From Clostridia bacterium (GTDB taxonomy: Bacteria; Bacillota; Clostridia; UMGS1840): a DNA stretch of 64,000 nucleotides. The stretch is taken from the NCBI GenBank assembly GCA_045638525.1, contig JAZUBQ010000005.1:76989-140988 (forward strand). Reading direction: 5' to 3'. Positions 40,474 to 49,048 of the stretch are shown here, in pieces; the first letter of the stretch is position 1; each line of letters starts with the position of its first letter. The notes under the pieces were generated by a model that ran no database searches, was not told where the DNA came from, and saw only the letters and a program-made list of their open reading frames with translations. The translations under genes and the position numbers were made by a program.

Positions 40474-40512
40474 AAAAAAACTTTACCAAAGCAGACTTTG
40501 GTAAAGTTTTTT
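40474..40512 (-). terminator. Intrinsic terminator downstream of the lipoprotein protease gene
   Basis: CTTTACCAAAG-CAGA-CTTTGGTAAAG, an 11-bp stem, flanked by A7 and T6 runs. Confidence 0.85.
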
Positions 40513-40557
40513 CTCAAATCATATAAACGAATCTTAATTTTATGGTGCAACAAAATC

Positions 40558-41961
40558 TTATGATTCATACGAAGGAATCATTGAAAAAATCACATCAAGG
40601 AAATTGGTTACATAAGCTACCACTGAACGAACTGTCACCTCAAGAAAATGAATAGGATTACTCTTTTCCGGGGTGCTTTTTGCCTGACCGATTAAAGCAT
40701 CAATATACGGAGTATCAGGATTTGCCTGTTTCACGTTTTCAAAACATTCTAATGCCGATGATCCATAGCCATCTTGCAACAACTGCAGACCTGTTAAAAA
40801 GTTTTTAGAAACGGCATCCTGTCCAACAGAAAACTCATCCGATAAAAATCTTACATACTCAGCAGGAACCATATTCGCAAACCGCATATCGCCGGAAGAA
40901 GCGTATGTATTCAGCCCTTCTACTCTCAAGCAATCATCAACTGACGGTCCCCCACTACTACCGCTTGATATGTTTGTGTCAATACCGATGGCTTGATACT
41001 GGGAGTCTTTGATGGGGGTCAATCTGGAAATTGCACCACTTGAAGTACTCAAAGACAAATTAGCTTCATCACTTCCGGTTGCTTTGAACACTTCATTTGC
41101 CACTCCGGGAAATCCCGCAGAAACAATTTTACTATTGAGAGCCGGATAAGTGTCATCCAATGCCAATGCAACAAGATTGTTTGCTTCAATTTTCAGAATG
41201 GCGGTGTCCTGAGTCAGTCGATCGTCCCCAATCTGAGTACCTTCAGCGACAACGGATGCAACATAATGATTTGCTTCATCTTCAGAAGTGTCCCCTGCAC
41301 AAGTTGGGAAATACACCTCTACCATCGCACTTTCACTGATAACATTCATATCCTTCATAGAAGCTAATGCGATAATCTCAAGCAATTCATCCAAACGTGC
41401 TTCATCCAACTGCATTGAATAGTTTTTAAGAGAAGCAACAATACTTAAAAGATCTTCATAAACGCCTGTTAACAAAGCAGACATATATACTTCGTTTTTT
41501 TCTTCTTCAGTCAGAGAAATCACATGAGAATTGGTTGCAAGATATCCATCTTCACTGATGACAACACCACTACCTGTATACGTCGGTGCAATCTCCACTT
41601 CTTTTTGTCTGCTGAGAACCAAGAAATCAGCAATATTTTCTTCCACCATTGAGATTGCATATTCTAATATTTCGTCGGTGGTATAATGATTTTTGTATTC
41701 ATCCAACACATAAAGGAACCAGGTGGTAACTAAACTTTCATCCAGCGTAACCGGAGAATATCGAACCTTAGCATTATAAGTCATTCTGATTTGTGCCACC
41801 GTAGATTTTAACGCATGACCAATCATCTCATCGTTATAATGAAAGCCGTCATCGTAACCATATTTTTGATACAACTCCACATTGGTGCAACCGGTCATCA
41901 TTGTCAAAAGAATCATAAGTGAGCAGATGATTGCTGTTATCTTAACAAATCGTTTCTTCAT
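40558..41961 (-). CDS. Lipoprotein with trypsin-like (S1/S1C) serine protease domain
   Basis: Lipobox LLTMMTGC. Catalytic-triad contexts LATNSHVI (His), QDTAILKIE (Asp) and ISSGSSGGPS (Ser). Helical C-terminal tail. Confidence 0.7.
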   Translation of the reverse strand: MKKRFVKITAIICSLMILLTMMTGCTNVELYQKYGYDDGFHYNDEMIGHALKSTVAQIRMTYNAKVRYSPVTLDESLVTTWFLYVLDEYKNHYTTDEILEYAISMVEENIADFLVLSRQKEVEIAPTYTGSGVVISEDGYLATNSHVISLTEEEKNEVYMSALLTGVYEDLLSIVASLKNYSMQLDEARLDELLEIIALASMKDMNVISESAMVEVYFPTCAGDTSEDEANHYVASVVAEGTQIGDDRLTQDTAILKIEANNLVALALDDTYPALNSKIVSAGFPGVANEVFKATGSDEANLSLSTSSGAISRLTPIKDSQYQAIGIDTNISSGSSGGPSVDDCLRVEGLNTYASSGDMRFANMVPAEYVRFLSDEFSVGQDAVSKNFLTGLQLLQDGYGSSALECFENVKQANPDTPYIDALIGQAKSTPEKSNPIHFLEVTVRSVVAYVTNFLDVIFSMIPSYES

Positions 41962-42068
41962 TTTCTCCTCTCCCTACAATTTCAAGTCAATGTAATTCGT
42001 AAAAATCTTGCATAAAACTAGATATTACCTTATACATTATTGTAACACATATGGCAACATTTGTCAAA

Positions 42069-42108
42069 TAAAAAAGACTTCATTAAAACTCATTTTAATG
42101 AAGTCTTT
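42069..42108 (-). terminator. Strong intrinsic terminator ending the hdr/flx/frd-like operon
   Basis: AAAGACTTCATTAAAA-CTCA-TTTTAATGAAGTCTTT, a 16-bp stem. On the minus strand it is followed by TTTTTTATTT. It lies 7 nt after the permease stop. Confidence 0.88.
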
Positions 42109-42114
42109 CAGATA

Positions 42115-43371
42115 TTAGAATAAAATAATGATAAACTGAGAAACCAATACAACAGCAATCAATGCAATGGGATAGGTTGCTGCATATGCTGCTGCAACAT
42201 CTTCAGTACCTGCAGTACCGATTAAGGTACCCAGTGCCGGGGTAGAAGTCATACCGCCGGTGATTGCACCTAAATTGTTTAACAGGCTCAATTTCAGCAC
42301 ATATTTTGCAAAAAGATATCCGATAATTAACGGAACTAAGGTCATAATGATACCATATACAAAGTACATTGCATCAAAATATGCAACGAAGTCAGCACCA
42401 CCAGGAACGCCGGCACCTACTAAGAACAGAACCAGACCTAATTCACGGAACAGTTTTAAGGTATGCTGATCGGGCATCATATTTAATTTACCAATTCTGC
42501 CGAAGTGTCCGAATACTAAGGATGCCAGTAAGCAACCGCCGGTAGTAGTCAAAGAGAAACAAGTTCCGGACAGCCCAGCGGAAGACATAGGAATTTTGAT
42601 TCTACCTAAGAATACACCAATCACTGCTGCCAGTGCAAATGCTGCAAAACCGTGACCATCTAAGCTTAATAATTTTCCGGTGAATACTTTTTTCTTACCT
42701 AAATCATCATCGCCCTGCACTAATTTTGCACGTTCTTCGTCCATATTAGCTTTAACCATTTTGGGAATCAGCTGAACGAACAGTACAACACCGATTACGC
42801 CGAAGATGTATGCAATCCCGTGACCAACGGAAACTAAGCTGGTCAGTTCAGGAGCAACGGTTGCTTTTGCTGCAGAGAATGCAGGAGTTGAGGTTAAAGA
42901 ACCGGACAACAGACCAACAATCATTGCAACGAAACCATCTAAAGAATCAATGGTTGCACCAAATCCGATTGCTTTCCCCATAAAAATACATCCAACAGCG
43001 GAAAGTCCACCGGCTAAAATAATGATAAAACCAAGTAACACATAAGATTTAAAGTTTTTCTTCATATTGCCGAAGAATTTGGGACCTGCGATGAAACCAA
43101 CTGAGGTAACAAACAGAATCAAACCTAAACTTTCAACAATTTCCAATGATTTTTCTCCAAAATCAACGCCGTTAAACACTAACTGATGTTCCAATGAGGG
43201 ATAAAAGAATGCACCGAATAACAATGCAATAACGAAAACGCCTGCATCCCCTAAGCAAACGCCTTTGATGGTGATTCTGCCCAATGCGTAACCAACAAAT
43301 AAGATCGCAAAGATACAGAACATTAAGTAGGTGATACCGGTAACAGGAATCACACCGCCGAATAAACTCAT
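42115..43371 (-). CDS. AAE-family (AspT/YidE/YbjL/SucE type, Asp-Al_Ex duplication) permease without TrkA-C domains
   Basis: Two repeats of the predicted-permease membrane region: GYALGRITIKGVCLGDAGVFVIALLFG and FLGRIKIPMSSAGLSGTCFSLTTTGGCLLASLVFG. Start at ATG 43371 after GGAAAGGAAG; ATG 43440 is an alternative. Confidence 0.72.
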   Translation of the reverse strand: MSLFGGVIPVTGITYLMFCIFAILFVGYALGRITIKGVCLGDAGVFVIALLFGAFFYPSLEHQLVFNGVDFGEKSLEIVESLGLILFVTSVGFIAGPKFFGNMKKNFKSYVLLGFIIILAGGLSAVGCIFMGKAIGFGATIDSLDGFVAMIVGLLSGSLTSTPAFSAAKATVAPELTSLVSVGHGIAYIFGVIGVVLFVQLIPKMVKANMDEERAKLVQGDDDLGKKKVFTGKLLSLDGHGFAAFALAAVIGVFLGRIKIPMSSAGLSGTCFSLTTTGGCLLASLVFGHFGRIGKLNMMPDQHTLKLFRELGLVLFLVGAGVPGGADFVAYFDAMYFVYGIIMTLVPLIIGYLFAKYVLKLSLLNNLGAITGGMTSTPALGTLIGTAGTEDVAAAYAATYPIALIAVVLVSQFIIILF

Positions 43372-43449
43372 ATTTTTCTTCCTTTCCGATTGATTCCCCG
43401 AAGCTTCTTTCATAGAATCTCCGGGGAATTTCATATTCATTATTAAATT

Positions 43450-45048
43450 TTATCTTTCGTGACGAGCATACTGAGGCAGTAACATGGGAGATACGCTGTC
43501 AGTAGCAAGACCTGCTGCTTCCAATTCTTTTGCGTAAGCTTGAACATGGTCTAAATTCATAGCACCCAGTTCAACGTCTTTTGCTTTTCTTGCTGCAGCT
43601 TTACCAGCATTTCTACCGAATACGATAATATCCAGTAAAGAGTTACCCATCAGACGGTTTCTGCCGTGGATACCACCAACAGCTTCCCCTGCTACCAACA
43701 GGTTGGGGATGGCTTTGGTATAGCCTTCGCCGCCGATTTCCAGACCGCCGTTCTGGTAGTGGAGAGTGGGATATACCAAGATGGGTTCTTTTCTCATATC
43801 AATGCCGTAGTTTAAGTACATTCTGAGCATTGCGGGAATTCTTTTTTCGATGGTGCCTTCGCCACCTAAAATTTCAATCATAGGAGTATCCAGCCATACA
43901 CCGGAACCTAAGGGAGTATCTACCCCTTTGCCATTTGCACATTCACGGATAATTGCGGATGCAGAAACGTCACGGGTTTCTAAGGGATGAGCGTAAGCTT
44001 CCCCGTCTTTGTTAACCAGCATTGCACCCAGGGAACGAACTTTTTCAGTTACCAATGCACCGAAAATCTGAGAGGGATATGCAACACCGGTAGGATGATA
44101 CTGAATGGTATCCTGATACAGAAGCGGAGCACCTGCACGATAGCCTAAAATCAGACCGTCTGCGGTTGCACCATAGTGGTTAGAGGTGGGGAAATTCTGG
44201 TAGTGAAGTCTTCCTGCACCACCGGTTGCAATAACAACAGTTTTTGCTTTTGCAACTGCGAAATCACCGGTTTCCATATTCAGAAGAACTGCACCTGCAA
44301 CCTGACCTTTGTCATCTTTAATCAGTTCTACTGCGGAAGTAAATTCCACAACAGGAATCTGACGATTGATAACTTCATCACGCAGAGTTCTCATAATTTC
44401 TGCACCGGAGTAGTCTTTACAAGCATGCATTCTCTTACGGGAGGTACCGCCACCGTGGGTAGTAACCATTCTGCCGTCTGCATCTTTATCAAACATAACG
44501 CCTAAATCATTTAACCAACGGATTGCATCAGGAGCTTCCATAACCAGACGTTTTAACAGTTCGGGACGAGCTGCAAAGTGCCCGCCGCCAAATGCATCCA
44601 GGTAATGCTGAACGGGAGAGTCATTTTCTTTGTCTGCTGCCTGAATACCGCCTTCTGCCATCATAGTGTTAGCATCACCGATACGCAGTTTTGTAACGAT
44701 CATAACGTTAGCGCCTGCTTCATGAGCTTCGATTGCTGCAGAAGAACCTGCACCACCGCCACCGATAACCAAAACGTCAACATCATAATCTACTTTGGAT
44801 AAATCAATGTTTTCGTTTAACAAACGGCTGTTGGAGTGAATTAAATCAGTCAGTTCCAGAGGAGCTTTTTCACCTTTGTTGGGACCAATTTTGATTTCAG
44901 CAAAACCTTCCTTACGGTAGTCGGGATGATACTGTTCAAGGAGAGCCTGTTTTTCTTCCGCAGTCATTCTTCTGGGTTCGGTTTTCATACGTTCCGCTCT
45001 GGTAGCTTCTACTTTTTTAATAGATTCACGCATAGATTCTGTAAACAT
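43450..45048 (-). CDS. FrdA/SdhA/TfrA-like FAD flavoprotein (fumarate-reductase-type) with about 85-aa N-terminal extension
   Basis: 532 aa. Motifs VLVIGGGGAGSSAA, AEGGIQAA, IQYHPTG and NRLMGNSLLDIIVFGR. No His at the covalent-FAD position. GGAGGAG RBS. Confidence 0.78.
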   Translation of the reverse strand: MFTESMRESIKKVEATRAERMKTEPRRMTAEEKQALLEQYHPDYRKEGFAEIKIGPNKGEKAPLELTDLIHSNSRLLNENIDLSKVDYDVDVLVIGGGGAGSSAAIEAHEAGANVMIVTKLRIGDANTMMAEGGIQAADKENDSPVQHYLDAFGGGHFAARPELLKRLVMEAPDAIRWLNDLGVMFDKDADGRMVTTHGGGTSRKRMHACKDYSGAEIMRTLRDEVINRQIPVVEFTSAVELIKDDKGQVAGAVLLNMETGDFAVAKAKTVVIATGGAGRLHYQNFPTSNHYGATADGLILGYRAGAPLLYQDTIQYHPTGVAYPSQIFGALVTEKVRSLGAMLVNKDGEAYAHPLETRDVSASAIIRECANGKGVDTPLGSGVWLDTPMIEILGGEGTIEKRIPAMLRMYLNYGIDMRKEPILVYPTLHYQNGGLEIGGEGYTKAIPNLLVAGEAVGGIHGRNRLMGNSLLDIIVFGRNAGKAAARKAKDVELGAMNLDHVQAYAKELEAAGLATDSVSPMLLPQYARHER

Positions 45049-45062
45049 AATTTCTCTCCTCC

Positions 45063-45737
45063 TTACTTCTCAATTTCTCTGGTGTTATAGAGTTCTTTCA
45101 TCTCGGTGATGGGTTTTTGCATAATCTGTTCGATTAACTCATCGTATTCACCTTTATTGATTTCAGCAACACGGCTTTTCAGATGCTCGGTTTCAGGAGC
45201 AATGTATTTACCGGTTAAACGACGAGCCAATACACCAACCAACGGATGAGAAATGCCTGCAGGACATCTGGTGGAACAGCATCCGCAACCTACACAGTCA
45301 AAGGATAATTCAGCACATTTTTCAAATTCGCCTCTCTGTGCATGAGCGATGTACTGCATAACATCTAAGTCCTGAGTACAAGCTTTGGTACAAGCATTAC
45401 AACCGATACAGCTGTAAATTTCAGGATATAATTCCATCATTACCTGCTGATTGGGTTTGATTTCATTGATATCATAAATTCTTTTATCAGTGGGAAAGAA
45501 CGGGATGCTTGCAACATACATTCCTTCCTGCACCTGAGTCTGACAAGCCAGACAGGTTTTTAATTCATTCTGTCCTTTGATACGGTAAATGGTAGCACAA
45601 GCACCACAAAAACCGTGACGGCAGCCGCAACCTCTTTTTAAGGTGTAGCCTGCATATTCCATTGCAGTCATAATAGTTAAATCTGCAGGAACCTGATAGC
45701 GTTTGCCAAAGAAAAATACATTTACTTTATTTTCCAT
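45063..45737 (-). CDS. FrdB/SdhB-like iron-sulfur protein ([2Fe-2S] plus two cubane-cluster motifs)
   Basis: 224 aa. N-terminal plant-type ferredoxin pattern GCGCRHGFCGACATIY...CLAC. Also CIGCNACTKAC and CVGCGCCSTRCP. Confidence 0.72.
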   Translation of the reverse strand: MENKVNVFFFGKRYQVPADLTIMTAMEYAGYTLKRGCGCRHGFCGACATIYRIKGQNELKTCLACQTQVQEGMYVASIPFFPTDKRIYDINEIKPNQQVMMELYPEIYSCIGCNACTKACTQDLDVMQYIAHAQRGEFEKCAELSFDCVGCGCCSTRCPAGISHPLVGVLARRLTGKYIAPETEHLKSRVAEINKGEYDELIEQIMQKPITEMKELYNTREIEK

Positions 45738-45759
45738 AATTTAAACATTCCTTTCTGCA

Positions 45760-46617
45760 TTAGTACTCAGCGGGTAATTCGTCGATTTCATCGCAACGGA
45801 ACACGGGACCGTCTTTACATACGTATTTGGAACCGATATTGCAACGTCCACATTTACCAACACCACATTTCATACGAAGTTCCAAAGTGGTGTACACCTG
45901 TTCTTTGGAAAAGCCCATTTCGATTAATGCTGCCAAAACGAATTTGATCATAATCGGTGGTCCGCATACCAATGCAGTTTTGTTGTTTTCAAAACCGAGT
46001 TCTTTCAAATAAGAAGGAACAAATCCAACATGACCGTCCCAACCGTCCTGTTCACGGTCGATGGTCAGATGTACGTTAATGCCCTCTTCTTTTGCCCAAA
46101 CTTCCTGAATTTCTTTTAAGTATACCAAGTCATCCATACTTCTGGAACCGTATAAAATATCAACGGTACCATAGTTTGCTCTGTTATCAATTACATAGTT
46201 GATAACAGAACGCAGAGGTGCCAAACCAATACCACCTGCAATAAAGAGCAGGTTTTTACCTTTTAATTCGTCGGTTTCTACGGGGAAATTGTTACCATAG
46301 GGACCTCTTACGGTCAGTTCTTCACCTACTTCCATAGTATGAAGATAATCGGTTAACACACCACATCTTTTAATACTGAATTCCTGATATTCTTTATTGG
46401 TGGGAGAAGAAGTGATAGAGAACATTGCTTCCCCAACACCGGGAACGGAAACCATTGCACACTGACCGGGCAGATGTTCAAACAGTTTACCGCCTTCCGG
46501 AGCGTTCACACGGAAAGTTTTAACATCGGGAGTCTGCTGGGTAATGTGAGTAATAATGCCGATTTTCGGAACTAAAGTATCTTCGGTGTAATGTTCGTGA
46601 CAGTTACAATCGCACAT
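45760..46617 (-). CDS. FlxA-like FAD/NAD(P)H-binding oxidoreductase with C-terminal [2Fe-2S] (AsrB / sulfhydrogenase-gamma / PyrK family)
   Basis: 285 aa. Ferredoxin-reductase fold (GEAMFSITSSP, LLFIAGGIGLAPL) and a C-terminal CGVGKCGRCNIGSKYVCKDGPVF. Confidence 0.75.
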   Translation of the reverse strand: MCDCNCHEHYTEDTLVPKIGIITHITQQTPDVKTFRVNAPEGGKLFEHLPGQCAMVSVPGVGEAMFSITSSPTNKEYQEFSIKRCGVLTDYLHTMEVGEELTVRGPYGNNFPVETDELKGKNLLFIAGGIGLAPLRSVINYVIDNRANYGTVDILYGSRSMDDLVYLKEIQEVWAKEEGINVHLTIDREQDGWDGHVGFVPSYLKELGFENNKTALVCGPPIMIKFVLAALIEMGFSKEQVYTTLELRMKCGVGKCGRCNIGSKYVCKDGPVFRCDEIDELPAEY

Positions 46618-47648
46618 TATTTGTCTCCTCCTTCCTTAGCAAATGCTTTGATTACTTTTACAATATTTAATGAGGACGGACATTTGTCAACACATCTGCC
46701 GCAACCTACACAAGAGTACATTCCATTGTTATTTGCAGGGAAATATACTAATTTATGCATAAATCTCTGACGGAAACGCTGCATCTGGCTGTTACGGTTG
46801 TTACCGTGTGCCATCATGGTAAAGTCAGAGTACATGCAGGAATCCCAACAACGATATCTCTGAACGCCGTTTCCGGTGTTATAGTCTTTGATATCGTAAC
46901 ACTGACAAGTGGGGCAAACAAAAGTACAAGTTCCGCAAGCCAGACAAGGTTTGTATAATTCTTCCCAAATGGGAGATTCAAATTTTTCGGTTAATACATC
47001 ACCATTCCAGCCATCCAAAGAAATGTTCATATAAGGAAGTTTTTCTACGATAGCTTTGGTGGTTTCCTGCTGCGCTTTTACAGTGGAATCGTCGGTATCT
47101 TCCAGTAATTCTTTTACAGCTTCGGTGAAAACGTTACCTTTATCGGTTAAAGGATTCCAATACAGATAATCCCCTACCAACCAAGTTGCGACATCTGCTT
47201 TCGGGTCGGTACAGTCAATACCGAATGCTTTACAGAAGCAGCTTTCTTCCGGCTCGTTACAAGCTAATGCAACTAAAATACCATGGTCACGACGTGCTTT
47301 ATAGAAAGTATCAACAGGTTCGGATAAAAATACTTTATCCAAAACCTCAATCCCTTTCACATCACAGCCTTTGATTCCAAACACAACAAATTCCTGACTC
47401 TGCAGTTCTTCGGGGGTAATAGCCCATTTTTTATCTTCTTTATTACAGGTATATAAGGTTTCACTCTGGGGGAAGAATGCATCTTTGGCAGATTTAACGG
47501 TTTTTAAGGTTTCCAAAGCTACATCACAGCCGTCAGTATATACAGCATAGTTTACCTGATCAGCTGCACGAACGGGAAGATATAATTCTCTTTGTTCTTT
47601 GATTTTCCGGAATAATGCCGGTAAGTTATTTTTAGCAATTTTTAACAT
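46617..47648 (-). CDS. FlxB-like 4Fe-4S protein (AsrA / sulfhydrogenase-beta family)
   Basis: 343 aa. Motifs CLACGTCTFVCPTCQCYD and CVGCGRCVDKCP. Start/stop overlap with the downstream gene. Confidence 0.7.
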   Translation of the reverse strand: MLKIAKNNLPALFRKIKEQRELYLPVRAADQVNYAVYTDGCDVALETLKTVKSAKDAFFPQSETLYTCNKEDKKWAITPEELQSQEFVVFGIKGCDVKGIEVLDKVFLSEPVDTFYKARRDHGILVALACNEPEESCFCKAFGIDCTDPKADVATWLVGDYLYWNPLTDKGNVFTEAVKELLEDTDDSTVKAQQETTKAIVEKLPYMNISLDGWNGDVLTEKFESPIWEELYKPCLACGTCTFVCPTCQCYDIKDYNTGNGVQRYRCWDSCMYSDFTMMAHGNNRNSQMQRFRQRFMHKLVYFPANNNGMYSCVGCGRCVDKCPSSLNIVKVIKAFAKEGGDK

Positions 47649-47654
47649 ACTACA

Positions 47655-48620
47655 TTATCCCCTTTCGTTAGGCTCTCTGTCGGTAAACTCGAAATGAGTT
47701 AAGGGAGCTTCTGCATTGATATCTTCTCCGGCAACATAATCACCGTAAAACTCGTTGATATCTTTGATGAATTTTCTATTAAATAAATGAAGCGGGATGC
47801 CCTGGGGACAAACTCTGCTACATTCACCACAGTCAGTACATCTGCCTGCTACGTGGAACGCACGGATAATATGGAACATATTTTCCTGGAAATCATCCAC
47901 ATTTGCTTTTTGTGCAGTATCAAATTTGGTGCTGTCGAACACACATTTTCTGCAGCTGCAAGCAGGACAAACATTTCTGCAGGCATTACAACGGATACAT
48001 TTGGATAATTCCTTACGGAAGAATGCAAATTTTTCTTCAGAAGACATTTTTTCAATTTCTTCTACACCTGCAAAACGGTCTACAGTTGCAGTATCACGGG
48101 ATTCTAACATCTGTTCGTCAAAAATCACGTGTTCTTTTCCTTTACAAGAGTGGCAACGAGATAACATTACATCATCGTAAGAAACAGTTTTGTCACCATA
48201 AACAGTGGAGATTGCCAAAGTATCGCAAGCATCAGTCATTTCGATGCCTTTGATGGTTTCAATCCCTTTAATACCCTGTTTTTTGATTGCTTCAATATCT
48301 AATTTCCCTTTACAGCCAACACCGATGATATATGCTTTATCACGGTCCACACGATGTTCTTTTAACAGCTGATTAAAGCTATAGGAATCACAGGGTTTTA
48401 AAAATACTAAAGTTTTGCCTTCCTTTTTGGAAGCTTCAATCATATATTTGCTTAAGTTTGCACCGCAGAATCCGTTATAAACGAAATCGGATAACGCATC
48501 TTCATTTTCAAAAAATGCCGGTTCAGGATTATATGCTAAATCCCCGATTTTCCATCCCAACACACGGGCAACGGTGCCGTCTTTTAACAGCTCTTTTGCA
48601 CGGGTTACTAATTCTTGCAT
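47655..48620 (-). CDS. FlxC-like 4Fe-4S dicluster protein
   Basis: 321 aa. Motifs CIRCNACRNVCPACSC and CTDCGECSRVCP, plus an extra CHSCKG. The start overlaps the mvhD end by 13 nt. Confidence 0.6.
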   Translation of the reverse strand: MQELVTRAKELLKDGTVARVLGWKIGDLAYNPEPAFFENEDALSDFVYNGFCGANLSKYMIEASKKEGKTLVFLKPCDSYSFNQLLKEHRVDRDKAYIIGVGCKGKLDIEAIKKQGIKGIETIKGIEMTDACDTLAISTVYGDKTVSYDDVMLSRCHSCKGKEHVIFDEQMLESRDTATVDRFAGVEEIEKMSSEEKFAFFRKELSKCIRCNACRNVCPACSCRKCVFDSTKFDTAQKANVDDFQENMFHIIRAFHVAGRCTDCGECSRVCPQGIPLHLFNRKFIKDINEFYGDYVAGEDINAEAPLTHFEFTDREPNERG

Positions 48621-49048
48621 CGTAAATCCCCCAATCTAACGTTTTTGCCTAAAGAACGAATGGTTTCCACAAATTCGTTCATGGTCTGAGAGAATTTCAC
48701 GCCTTCTGCCGCAGATACCCATTCTACACGGGTTCTTCCTTTTTCAATGCCGAGATATTCCAGCATAGAGAAAAGCAGAGTCATACGACGACGTGCATAA
48801 TAGTTACCGGTAGAATAATGACAGTCTCCGGGGTGACATCCACAAAGGATAACACCATCTGCACCTTTTTCAAATGCTCTTAAAATGAACATAGGATTCA
48901 CACGACAAGAGCAAGGCACTTTAATAATTTTTACGTCTGCGGGATAGGAAAGACGGCTGCTGCCTGCTAAATCCGCACCTGCATAACTACACCAGTTACA
49001 ACAAAATGCAACAATTTTCGGTCTGAATTCGTTTTCGTTTAACGGCAT
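48608..49048 (-). CDS. mvhD: MvhD/FlxD (methyl-viologen-reducing hydrogenase delta subunit family) [2Fe-2S] protein
   Basis: 146 aa. Signature IVAFCCNWCSYAGADLAG...KVPCSCRV...CGCHPGDCHY. Confidence 0.88.
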   Translation of the reverse strand: MPLNENEFRPKIVAFCCNWCSYAGADLAGSSRLSYPADVKIIKVPCSCRVNPMFILRAFEKGADGVILCGCHPGDCHYSTGNYYARRRMTLLFSMLEYLGIEKGRTRVEWVSAAEGVKFSQTMNEFVETIRSLGKNVRLGDLRCKN

